Source: Octopus vulgaris (lineage: Eukaryota). From it: a DNA stretch of 64,000 nucleotides. The position numbers and the translations under genes are program-made. The notes below the pieces were generated by a model, which saw only the letters and a list, made by a program, of their open reading frames with translations, did no database searches and was not told where the DNA came from. Shown here piece by piece: positions 39,252 through 51,040 of the stretch (position 1 is its first letter; each line of letters opens with the position of its first letter). The stretch is from assembly GCA_951406725.2 (NCBI GenBank), contig OX597826.1, positions 53,692,001-53,756,000 on the forward strand, written 5' to 3'.

Positions 39252-39475
39252 GCGTGGCCGTTCGCCAGCCTCGTCTGGCACCTGTGTCGGCGGCACATAA
39301 AATCACCCACTACACTCTCGGAGTGGTTGGCGTTAGGAAGGGCATCCAGCTGTAGAAACACTGCCAGATCTGACTGGCCTGGTGCAGCCTTCGGGCTCCC
39401 CAGACCCCAGTTGAACCGTCCAACCCATGCTAGCATGGAAAGCGGACGTTAAATGATGATGATGATGATGATGAT
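39252..39475 (+). mobile_element. RTE-LINE 3' end (family C), little diverged
   Basis: Near-consensus core with CpGs retained, (GAT)n tail. Confidence 0.9.
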
Positions 39476-39477
39476 TT

Positions 39478-40900
39478 CCACCCAATCAAAGAAGATATAT
39501 ATCAAATGTCTGTCAGAGAAACTAGAGGGTGCAATAAAGAGGATTAGATGGAAAGCCTATGAGAATAAAAATCTCAAAGAAACACATGATAATGAATTTT
39601 CTTTCAAAATCCACAAAAGCCTTCATGCTAAGGTGTCACTGCATTTGATTAATAATTCCTTCTGGAAAAATACAGACAGAAGGTGATTCATTGTTTCATG
39701 TCACAGAGGATAGCTATGATAGAGCTGGAGTGTGTATGTAAGTAGTCCTGTGCATTGTAGCCTTCTTTGAGAAGATCTTGTCAAATGAATGGTCATCATT
39801 TAAACAAACACAGGAAGGACTTGATAGAAACTTCCAAAGAATTTAATTAAAAAATTACCAACAGGACTAATATAATTGCTGTAAGCTTTCTCAAGGTAAC
39901 TTAAGATTTAGACTAGTAGGTATCACCAACACTGAAACTTTAATGAAAATTGAATTACATTGGCAGTCACTTAGATACCTTCTTTCCTAGTTATTAAATA
40001 TGTAATCAATATTACCAGAATGATGCTCAACATTTTTCATACAAATAGTACTTTAACAATGTAAGAGAGCATTACATTTATGCATTAAAAGAGGGTGGAC
40101 GGAGAAAAATAGAAATTGTATATCAAGCATCATTAAATATACACAAGAGAAAAGTTATAACAGAAAAATTATTTGGTTCAAAACATTCACTTTAGTTTAA
40201 GTATGTCCTCTAAGATAACTGCAAGTTTCCTATGCCTTAGATGCAAACATTTCCTATACAGTTATCCACTCATCCTTATCACAAATTCTTAAATAAAAAT
40301 AATGTGAAAGTCAGTTACAGCTGTACTCTAAATCTGGTTACAAGCATAAGTAGGACCGATAACAGAAATTCCACACGTAGAAACAGTTTAAGTTCCACTA
40401 ACCCTCGCCTCAATGCACATGTAGTAATATTACATTGAGCCCTCTTCTCTCTTAATGGCTTGTGTCTCACAAAGGCACTTGAATACCATATAAAGGTGAC
40501 TTGCATGGATGGTGCTGAAAATGTTAGATCATCCTTATAGAGAACACTTTGCATTTTTTAACCCTTTCATTACCAACCCAGCTGAAACCGGCTCTGAGTA
40601 CAAATATCTTATTTTCATAAGTTTTAAATTAAAATCTTCCACCAAACTTTAGTCACAATTTAAGTTCCTAACACTAGCTGAATGATAACTAAGTTATTTT
40701 ACTAAATTCTTTGTTATATTTAAAGTAATTGAAAGAAACACAGAGCAGCTCAACATAAATACAATAGCAAAAGGGTTAAGGTATATTTATAAATAAAAAA
40801 CCTTATTATCTGAATATGTCAGAGGATAGAAAGACATGCATAAAATTACAGGATCAATTGGTCAATCATCAAAAATGCTACACTGTATATTAATGATTCT
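39478..40900 (+). pseudogene. Penelope-like element remnant
   Basis: IKRIRWKAY, RKIIWFK, HKFLNKNNVKVSYSC, LNGLCLTK, LSEYV, NWSII in the order expected of GIY-YIG Penelope-like ORFs; heavily disrupted. Confidence 0.7.
40562..40775. mobile_element. TTAA (piggyBac-type) MITE inside the Penelope-like remnant
   Basis: TTAA-CCCTTT ... AAAGGG-TTAA; TTAA at 40558-40561 and 40776-40779. Confidence 0.85.
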
Positions 40901-41042
40901 TATGTATGTAATAATCAAAGTTCAATATTTTTAATGTTAAGGCAGTTTAATCTACTTTTTGTATGACATTCCATCATCTAAGCTGTTCACTGGATGATAT
41001 CTCATGACGTTGGCAGTGCGACCCTGTTTGCTTTATATATAA

Positions 41043-41521
41043 CTAGCTGGCCCCCATACCGTCAAAAATGACGATTAATTGTAGTATTTTATAAATAAAT
41101 ATGATTGGTAAATCAAATTAATACACTTGTTAATGTTATCTAGTGGGTATCTTTTGAGATGTGACATTGATCATCGTTTGTTACTCAAAGAACGCTGGTT
41201 CACACATCCAAACGTTCACATCCTTCCCTTGTACACGCACACACATACACGCATATACTCACATAGAGTTGAAACGCTGTTTGATTTTTCTTTTCAGCAT
41301 TGAATGTTCACCATCCCACTTCCATTGCACACACACACACACACACTTATACACACAAACATTCACATATCTCTCTTTGACATACACACATAGTTGAAAC
41401 GCTGTTGATTTTTTTCTCACCATAGAACTTCCATCATCTCACTACCAAATTTGCCATCACCCCTTCCTTCCTTATTCCTATGTTGCGACAGAGAAAAACA
41501 CAAGAGTATTATTATAGTAGA
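41043..41521 (-). mobile_element. Non-autonomous Helitron
   Basis: Minus strand A|TCTACTATAATAATAC ... hairpin CGTCATTTTTGACG ... CTAG|T; internal duplication of GTTGAAACGCTGTT. Confidence 0.75.
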
Positions 41522-41734
41522 TGCTTTCGCTTACATATTTTTACTTGTTGTACCTTTATGTATTTACATCCTCTTTTTGTTTTTCACATTCCTCACCATA
41601 TACAGAGTTGCACCTTTGTAATAATGCACATTGATGATATTAAAAAAAAAATTCAAACAATTTCAAAGCTTATTTTTATTGCTTTTAGATTATTGTCATT
41701 GTCACATGTCATTACCAATCAAATTTATCCCCAT

Positions 41735-42008
41735 GCCAGTGCCACCTTGACTGGCTTCTGTGCTGGTGGCACGTAAAAAGCACCAACCGATTGTGGCCAC
41801 TGCCAGTCTCCCCTGGCACCTGTGCTGGTGGCACGTAAAAAGCACCCACTACACTCACGGAGTGGTTGGCGTTAGGAAGAGCATCCAGCTGTAGAAACAC
41901 TGCCAGATCAGACTGGAGCCTGGTGCAGCCTCCTGGCTTCCCAGACCCCAGTTGAACCGTCCAACCCATGCAAGCACGGAAAACGAACGTTAAACGATGA
42001 TGATGATG
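41735..42008 (+). mobile_element. RTE-LINE 3' end (family C)
   Basis: TGTGCTGGTGGCACGTAAAAAGCACC twice, core, (GAT)n. Confidence 0.9.
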
Positions 42009-42539
42009 AAATCTTGAATATACAGACTCAAACATAGGCCCTCAGTTAGCAACAGATTTTTACTGTATGAATACTGGCACAGTAAAAATTTTAGTTGGGA
42101 TAAATAACTAAACTTAGCTTGTAGTAAATATATAAAAGATGGATTATCACCATATTCTTCCTCCTCTTCAAGCTAGCATGGTTTGGACAGAATTTATTGA
42201 AGCAGATTTTCTATGGCTGGATGCTCTTTCTATCACCAACACTGGCCTATTTCCAGGTAATGTAATATTTCCTCATGGCCAGACATGTTTTCACAGAATA
42301 TTGGAATTAAATGACACTGCTTGTAAGACAGTGCCACTCATCTACAGTTGTCACATGATAGCAAGACAAAGACACACAAGCATACACATGCTTGCATCAA
42401 CATATATGTATATATAAAAATAATCTGTTATTTTTAAATAACACAATGTTTAATATTTCATCTATTCATTTCTATGTTATATTTACTCATAGGTTTACTA
42501 TCATTTTTATTATTCTTTTTCTCTTTCAGTCATGTCAGG

Positions 42540-42860
42540 CCACTTAAACAATGAGTTTGTCCACCATGTTCATTTACAACAAGTTCTAAATGTCGAGTGA
42601 AATTTTCAATTGTAGATGTTTTCAGGCATGTCAAAATTAGTTGAAGATGCCAAAATACCATTTATTGTCAGAATTATGGCTATTGCAAAATGTCAAAAGC
42701 TCTGTCTACATGCAAGAATGATGTGCCACTACATTAAGCCAGTACTATTAAGGAATTTTTGAGAATACAACAGCTTGGTCCTTCTTGTCAGTAACTGATA
42801 ATTTCAGCCAACATTTAGAGATTGTTAACGTTGAACATGATGGCCAAATTCATCTAATAA
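42540..42860 (-). pseudogene. Tc1-like transposase C-terminal remnant
   Basis: Minus-strand WPSCS... (compare WPxxSPDLNP) and NFTRHLELVVNEHGGQT (compare RRLxAVIxAKGGHT). Confidence 0.5.
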
Positions 42861-43050
42861 TGTAATTTTGAGAAATCCCTCAAGCTTTATATTTTATTTA
42901 ACTCGCAATAATTTTTTCGTTTTCGTGATATTATTTATTATGTGCCAAATTATTAAATGTTGCATTATCTTTGGTTCACTATAAGAGTGTGTTGTTGTGT
43001 GAAATTATTATTGCTGTTGTTGTTGTTGTTGTTGTTATTTTTATTATTAA

Positions 43051-43690
43051 GGTGGCAAGCAGGCAGAATCGTCAGCATTCTAAACAAAATGTTTAGCAGT
43101 ATTTCGTTTGTCTTTATGTTCTGACAATAATCCCACCAAGGATGACTTTACCTTTCATCCTTCCAGGGTTGATAAAATAAATACCAGTATTATTATTATT
43201 TCTTTCTTTATTGCCCACAAGGGGCTAAATATAGTGAGGACAAACAAGGAGAGACAAAGGGATTAAACTGATTACACTGACCCCAGTGTGTAACTGGTAC
43301 TTATTTAATCAACCCCAAAAGAATGAAAGGCAAAGTCAACCTCGGCGGAATTTGAACTCAGAACATAGTGGCAAAAGAAATAGCACTAAGCATTTCGCCC
43401 AGCATACTAGCGATTCTGCCAATCATCATCATCATCATCACCATTACCATCGTCATCATTATTATTACTAGTAGTAGTAGTAAGGTGGTCAACCAGTAGA
43501 ATCATTAGGGCATCAGACAAAATGCTTAATGACATTCTTCCGGCTTTTTACATTCTGAGCTCAAATCCAGTCAAGGTTGACTTTGTTTTTCATCCTTCCT
43601 GGGTTTATACAGTAAAGTATCAGTTAAATACTGGGTTTGATGTAATCAGCTAACTCCCACTCCTAAAAACTGTTGGCTTTGTGCCAAAAT
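43051..43690. mobile_element. Cluster of three SINE-B copies (+, -, +)
   Basis: ~43051-43188 (+), ~43198-43420 (-), ~43485-43690 (+). Confidence 0.8.
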
Positions 43691-43713
43691 TAAAAATAAT
43701 TATTATTTGGCTT

Positions 43714-44097
43714 GGAAGCACTCCGTCGGTTACGACGATGAGGTTTCCGGTTGATCCGAATCAACGGAACAGCCTGCTCGTGAAATTAACGTGTAAGTGG
43801 CTGAGCACTCCACAGACAGGTGCACGCCTAACGTAGTTCTTGGGGATATTCAGCGTGACACAGAGAGTGACAAGGCCGGCCCCTTGAAATACAGGTACAA
43901 CAGAAACAGGAAGTAAGAGTGAGAGAAATTTGTGGTTAACGAGTACAGCAGGGATCACCACATCCCCTGCCGGAGCCTCGTGGAGCTTTTAGGTGTTTTC
44001 GCTCAATAAACACTCACAACGCCCGGGCTGGGAATCGAAACCGCGATACTATGACCGCGAGTCCGCTGCCCTAACCACTGGGCCATTGCGCCTCCAC
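43714..44097 (-). mobile_element. Full-length tRNA-derived SINE-D
   Basis: Minus-strand GTGGAGGCGCAATGGCCCAGTGGTTAGGGCAGCG...GGTTTCGATTCCC head; relatives at ~55830-56110, 57740-58000, 63714-63870. Confidence 0.85.
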
Positions 44098-44733
44098 ATA
44101 ATTATTATTATTACTATTGTTATTAATTTTATAATGAGGATGCATGGCCTAGTTGCTAGGGTGTTGCATTCATGATCATAAGATTGTGGTTTCAATTCCT
44201 AGACTGGGTGGATGCATTGCGCTCTTGAGCAATACCCGTCATCCCATGTTGCCCTGAGATCTCTTCAACCCCTGATACATGGTACACGGTGCACCTATCC
44301 AGGCAACGTCAATTTGATGGAGGAAGGGAGCTAATGTACAGCACATACATTTACTCACAATAAGCAAATCATTTGTGCAGGTCACTCAGCAAAAGCTGAA
44401 CATACATATGCCGTCTTTGACGAGAGGGTCCATCATTAATCTTATTGAAATTGACTTCAAAGTTTCACCAGTAGTTGGCATCTGGATTGGCTTCTGTTGA
44501 TATTGTTTTTAAAAGATGGGTTTTTCAATGCAAGGTTAAGTTTGGTACATGATAGTAAAGGTCCAACTAGAGAAGTCGATAATATCTCATCACTGCCAAA
44601 AGTTTCTTCATAACATCTGACTCAACACTTAAAGTGAATAATTTTTTTCAGTTGATAATCATGGTTTTTTTATTCTATATTTCATAAATGGAAAGACATC
44701 ATTTAACAATATATATACGTCAACATCTATGTA

Positions 44734-44779
<46 letters not shown>

Positions 44780-45232
44780 TTTCTATGCATATATACATGA
44801 TTTCATATGGATGGATGCCCTTCTTGTTGTCAACCCTCACCTGTTTCCTAAAAGTTATATTTACTCATGGCCAGACACACTTTTTCATGGAAGACTGGAA
44901 GCAATAAATATCACTTGTCTGACAGTGATGGTCATTTACAACCATCATGTGATGTCTAAAGAAGTGTACACACACACACACATATACATACACACAGTGG
45001 TATAAGAGTCTATATTTGTGGGGAAAATGTATAAGAATGACTTTTCTGATGATTTTTTTTTCCACTTTAATGATGTGATGTTTACAAATTGTATTGTCTA
45101 TGAATTGTAAAGAGACAATTTCTAGACATCTATTCATTAAAGTGGAAAAATTATAAGAAAAGTCATTCTTATTCATTTTTTTAAAATGCAAACACAGACA
45201 CAGACACAGACACACACACAGGCAAATGTAAA

Positions 45233-46530
45233 TCATCATCATCATCATCATCATAATTTAATGTCCATGCTGGTATAGGTTGGATGGTTTGACCAGGGCT
45301 GGCAAGCTGGAAGGCTGTACCAGACTTCAGTCAGATTTGCCTCCGTGAGGCCCAACGCTTGAAATATACTTTTTACATGCCACTACCATGGGTGCCGGTT
45401 ATGTGACACCAGCCATGACTATGATTTCACTTGACTTGATGGGCTTTCTCAAGCACAGTATATCACAAAAGGTCTTGGTCATTAGTCATTGCCTCTGTGA
45501 AACCCAAAATTCGAAGATCATGCTTCACCACTTCGTCCTATGTCTTCTGGGTCTACATCTACCATAAGTTCACTCCACAGTAGGAGATCAGTACTTCTTT
45601 ACACAGCTGTCCTTGTCCATATGCATCACATGACCATACCAGTGCTATCGTCTCTCTTGCACACCACATCTGATGCCTCTTATGCCAAACTTTTCTCTCA
45701 AGATGCTTACACTCTTTCAAACATGCACACTGACATTGCACCTCCAGTGAAGCATACTGATTTCATTTCTTTCAAACCTATGCATGTACTTGGCTGTCAC
45801 AGCCCATGTTTCATTGCCATGTAGCATAGCTGTTTGCACACAGGTATCACACAATCTGCCTTGCCCTCTGAGAGAAAGACCCTTTGTTACCAGCAGAGGT
45901 AAAAGCTCTTTGAACTTTGCCCAGCCTATTCTTATTCTCACAGCTACACTCTCGGAGCATCCACCTCCGCTACTAACTTGGTCACCTAGATAACAAAAGC
46001 TATCTACTAACTCTAGCTTACCCCCACCACCCAGCAGCTGATGGAATCTATTTCTTGTACATTTTCGATGTTTATCGCACCTGTGCATCTTCCATGTTTA
46101 CCTTCCTTTGATATTGTTGCACCTTTTATGTGTCCAAAGCTTTCACTGGGTGCATCTTATGGAGTTTCTACCTATGCCTTTTCTACAGATTGAGCAGGGC
46201 CATCCACCTGAAAGGATTTCTGATTTGTCTGTCTTCCTACTTATTAAGATTTTGGGTTTTGTTAGGTTAACTCTAAGATCATTTGATTCTAGACCTTGCT
46301 TTCATACCTGGAACTTCTCTAGTTCTGGTAGTGATTCAGCTACAAGAACAAGGTCATCAGCATAAAGTAGATCCCAGGAGCAGCCTGTTTTAAATTCTTC
46401 TGTTATTACCTGGAGGACTATGATGAACAAGAGGGGAGTTGAGGACCGATCCTTGGTGAATCCCTATGTGTACCCTGAATTCTTTGCTGTACTTGTTGCC
46501 AATCCTCACCATATTCATGCATCCATTTTT
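45233..46530 (-). mobile_element. 5'-truncated RTE-clade LINE (RT C-terminal part plus 3' UTR)
   Basis: GIHQGSVL, WDLLYADDLVL, LELVDSFCYLGDQVSSGGGC...IGWAKFKELLPLL...MLHGNETW; runs into a family-C 3' end with (GAT)n; frameshifted. Confidence 0.9.
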
Positions 46531-46548
46531 TCGGGCAAAATAACATTG

Positions 46549-46601
<53 letters not shown>

Positions 46602-46659
46602 CATACACATACATGTGTGTAAATATATATACATATATATGTATATTCAATATTTTATG

Positions 46660-47065
46660 TGCTTCAGTATCTGCCTGCAGCCATGCTAGAGCACCACCTT
46701 TAGTCAAACAAGTCGACTCCAGGACTTATTCTTTGTAAGTCTAGTACTTATTCAATCAGTCTCTTTAGCCAAACCATTAAGTTATGGGGATGTAAACACA
46801 CCAACAACGGTGTCAAGCAATGGTGGTGGTGGGTAAACACAGAAACACAAATACATACATACATGCATACATACATACATGCATACATATATATATACAT
46901 ACGACAAGCTTCTTTCAGTTTCTGTCTACCAAATCCAACTTACAAGGCTTTGGTTGGCCTGAAGCTATGGTAGAAGACACTTGCCCATGGTGCCACACAG
47001 GGGGACTAAACCCAGAACCATGTGGGTGGGAAGCAAGCTTCTTACCACACAGCCACTCCTGCACC
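46660..47065 (-). mobile_element. SINE-A
   Basis: Reverse complement of the SINE-A head and body with internal (TACA)n. Confidence 0.85.
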
Positions 47066-47121
47066 TATACATATATATGTATGTATGTGTGTGTGTGTGT
47101 ATACATACATACACACATGTA

Positions 47122-47185
<64 letters not shown>

Positions 47186-48177
47186 TATACATATACATAT
47201 ACATACACACACACATATATATGAATATATCTCCTGTCTAAATTAGCTATTATTACCATCATATTCTGTCTACAAAGAAATTGTGTTGTTTTAAAAGTAT
47301 TTATTAGTCACAGAAGGAACTAGCTTATTATTGAGATATTTCCTATCAACTGTTACCAACATGGCACTTTCACCAATTTAAAGGACAGTGGGGTACATGT
47401 TTTGACTCAGACACCAATTTAACAATGAGTAGTTTTTGCTCAGAGTCCAGGAAGATTAATTAATTAATATTTTCTTTCCTCATTGACATAAATCATATAA
47501 ACTCTTCATATAGCTTTGAATAATCTACTACAACATTATTTTTCCATTAGCTTTTTTTCTCCTCTATGATATTCTGTTTTCTTTTGAGCTCTTCCCTTCC
47601 CACACACCTCCAATAATTATCATTTATTTTTATGGCTATTCCGAGTGACTCTGTGGTAGTTTAGTTACAACACATGCTGTTAGGATTAGTTAAATACCAT
47701 TCATATTCAATTTGGAAGATCTAATTGCTAACATAAAGAGCAAGTTCTTTCATTATGCCCATATTAATATGTAGATTTGTTAGATTAAGTGCTTAGTATG
47801 AAGGGTTGCTGAAATCTGTGAGTAAATGAGGTTATGATTAGATATTTTTATGTATCAATTTAGCTTTCAACCATTGGCTCCTGCATTTGAATAATTTATA
47901 AGTACTATATTCTCTCATCTAATGAATAAATTATATCCTCATTCATCATCAGATTATGTCTGCTTTTCATGCCATCATGGGTTGGACAGTTGAGTCAGTA
48001 CTTGCTTGATATTATTACCGGTCTAGATAGGCTGGGAATAATATCACACCTGGAATGGTGTCTATAGTTAAGTTCCTTTCCTGACACCAAACACTTTATG
48101 GAATATACTAGATGTATTTTATTCTGGTGCTAGCATCAAAGAATTTGTCATCTCCTCTGCAAGACTAAAGACCCACT

Positions 48178-48380
48178 TTAATTCTGCATTGTCTTTGTTC
48201 ATTTGTCCCCTTTTAGTTCTGCAATGTCTTTGTTCATATGTCCCCTTTTATTTCTGCAATGTCTTTGTTCATTTGTCCCCTTTTAATTTTGCATCGTCAT
48301 TGTTCCTTTGTCCCCTTTTAATTCTGCATTGTCATTGTTCCTTTGTCCCCTTTTAATTCTGCATTGTCATTGTTCATTTT
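48178..48380. repeat. 35-bp minisatellite, ~6 units
   Basis: Unit TTAATTCTGCATTGTC(T/A)TTGTTCATTTGTCCCCTT. Confidence 0.9.
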
Positions 48381-48539
48381 TAAAGTATCTTATAAAATGT
48401 AGTGGATATGATTTTTCATAGCACCAACATCAGTGAGGTTGTCTTGCTCCTTGCAAGTCTAAAGAGTTCTTACTACTCTGCATTGTCTCCATTCATTCAA
48501 GATGTGACTGACAGGATAAATAGAAGGTGGGTGACGACA

Positions 48540-48900
48540 AAAAGAAAACTATGGTAAGAAGATGAAAGAAGAGAAAGTATAGTGCAAGAAACAGAGTGAT
48601 GTGCATCATACCAGTGCAGCCTACTCTCTTGTACATTACACCTGATTCTTTTTGTATCCAGCTTTACCCTGAGCATACATGTGCTGCCATTCATACACAT
48701 TAACATTACATATGTAGCAGAGCATGGTCACTTTATTTTTCTTTAAATTTTTGCAAATATTCTGCACTCAGAACTCACATTTCTACCACACAGCATTGTG
48801 CTTTATACACAAGCATTATACAGTCTGTTCTTTACTGCAAGAGAGAAATCCTTTATAATTAGTAGAATGCCTGGTAAGTTTCTTTGGAAGTGTTCAATAG
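48540..48900 (-). pseudogene. Degenerate RTE-LINE ORF fragment
   Basis: LRVKLDTKRIRCNVQESRLHWY (ORF 48497..48706); similar to 45640-45930. Confidence 0.6.
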
Positions 48901-49195
48901 CTTTTGTAACTTAGTTTAATAAGCAGTGGTGGTAAGTGTCCAAAAAGTGTAATAGCTAGAATTAGAATAGACTGGAAAATATAAGGTTAGATATAATCAT
49001 CATCATCATCGTTTAATGTCCGCTTTAAACGATGATGGTGATGAGGATTATATCTAACAAAGGTTAAGGTTATATCTAACCTTAAATTTTCCAGTCTATT
49101 CTAATTCTAGCTATTACACTTTTTGGACACTTACCGCCACTGCTTATAAAACTAAGTCACAAAAGCTATTGAACACTTCCAAAGAAACTTACCAG
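48871..49195. repeat. Fold-back palindrome centred on an RTE tail
   Basis: ~125-bp outer arms 48871-48996 / 49070-49195; centre CATCATCATCGTTTAA-TGTCCGCT-TTAAACGATGATG. Confidence 0.95.
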
Positions 49196-49431
49196 ACAAT
49201 TAAAAGAATCTATTTTACATGTATTCTTACTGAAACCTGCTCATATACATCTGCCTCATAAAAAGTCTATTTTTCTGTTTGCCTGCTTGTGCTCCCACTA
49301 CACTTTTTGTGCATCCATAGTTTACACTGCATGCACCAAATGGAATATATATTTACTCCTTTTATGCAAATCTAGCAAGGTCTAGTCTACTGTCCGACTC
49401 ACTTATAGACTGAGACAGATAAAAGATAAAA

Positions 49432-49806
49432 GGTGCAGGAGTGGCTGTATGGTAAGTAGCTTGCTTACCAATCACATGGTTCTGGTTTCAGTCCCACTGT
49501 GTGGCACCTTGGGCAGGTGTCTTCTACTATAGCCTCAGGTTAACCAAAGCCTTTGGCAGATGGTAACTGAAAGAAGCCTGTTGTATATATATATGTATGT
49601 ATGTATGTATGTGTGTTCCCCATCATTGCTTGACAACCATTGTTGGTGTGTTTACATTGCCGTAACTTAGCGGTTTGGCAAAAGAGACCGATAGAATAAG
49701 TACTAAGCTTACAAAGAATAAGACCTAGAGTTGATTTGATTGACTAAAGGCGGTGCTCCAGCATGGTCGCAGTCAAATGACTGAAACAGACAAACGAATA
49801 AAAGAA
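49432..49806 (+). mobile_element. SINE-A
   Basis: GCAGGAGTGGCTGTATGGTAAGTAGCTTGC...AGTCAAATGACTGAAACA. Confidence 0.9.
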
Positions 49807-49872
49807 TGTGAGTTACTGTCTCTATGTGTTGACATCAAGTGATAATTATAAACAAGTGTCACAAGGAAATAT

Positions 49873-50106
49873 CCTTTTCTACTCCAGGGCACAAGGCCCA
49901 AAATTTTGGAGGAGGGGGCTCAGTCAATTAGATTGACCCCAGTCAATTAGATCAATCCCAGTATGCAACTGGTACTTAATTTATCGACCCCGAAAGGACG
50001 AAAGGCAAAGTCGACTTCAGTGGAATTTGAACTCAGAATGTAAAGCAGATGAAATGTCACTGAGCATTTCGCCCGGCATGCTAACATTTCTGCCAGTTCA
50101 CCACCT
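49873..50106 (-). mobile_element. SINE-B (alternative tail)
   Basis: 16-bp TSD TGTCACAAGGAAATAT at 49857-49872 and 50107-50122. Confidence 0.9.
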
Positions 50107-50647
50107 TGTCACAAGGAAATATTACCTCACCTGTTTCTAGGTGAAGATTCACAACAGGAAGGGCATTTTGCTGTAGAATATCCACATCAACAAATTCATC
50201 TGACCCATGCAATTATAGAAAAAATGACATTGAAATGATGATGATGATGATGTTAAGTGCCAGTATATTTCATGTCTATTTTGCCTGTGATGAACTTCTT
50301 TTTGTATTTTGCTATTTGTAAAGTTTCCACGATTACTCTCATTTCTTCTTTTTTGTGGATTTCTATATAAAATAATAATGTTGGCATTTAATGTTTGTCT
50401 TTCCAATAGCAGTTCATGTACTGCATTATAATGAGTTGCAACGGCTCTGCGCCATAAATGCATAGTCATCCAATAAGAAAATGTCATGCCTCTGAGTTCA
50501 CTGTAAAAATCTGTCCCAATTTTCACGTTTATATTAAAATTTGTACATTACATTGGTTGTGTGAAGTACATCCTGTGGTTTGCTCTTTTATTTCTTAGTG
50601 TTAATGAAGTATTATTCTTGCAGTAATGTATTGTATTCTATAAAGTA

Positions 50648-51040
50648 GTGAGCTGACAGAAAAGTAAGCATGCCGGGTGAAATGCTGAATGGTATTTCAT
50701 CTGCCGCTACGTTCTGAGTTCAAATTCCACTGAGATCGATTTTGCTTTTCATCCTTTCGGGATCGATTAAATAAGTACCAGTTACGCACTGGGGTCGATA
50801 TAATTGACTTAATCCATTTGTCTGTCCTTGTTTATCCTCTCTGTGTTTAGCCCCTTGTGGGTAGTAAAGAAATAGGTATTTCATCTATCTTTATATTCTG
50901 AGTTCAAATTCTGCCAAGGATGGCTTTGCCTTTCATGCTTTTGGGGTCGATAAATTAAGTACCAGTTGCATACTGGAGTCAATCTAATTGACTGGCCTCC
51001 TCCCTCAAAATTTCAGGTCTTGTGCTTAGAGTAAAATAGA
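50648..51040 (+). mobile_element. Dimeric SINE-B
   Basis: Same GGGTAGTAAAGAAATAGGTATTT junction as the dimer at 12782-13181. Confidence 0.85.

Noticed and set aside
40096-40106. TGGACGGAGAA matches the 5' end of miR-184
   Set aside because: Only 11 nt match, no precursor hairpin seen, and it lies in a Penelope-like remnant.
42515-42600. Strong plus-strand acceptor TTTTCTCTTTCAG
   Set aside because: All three downstream frames close quickly and the region reads better as a minus-strand Tc1 relic.
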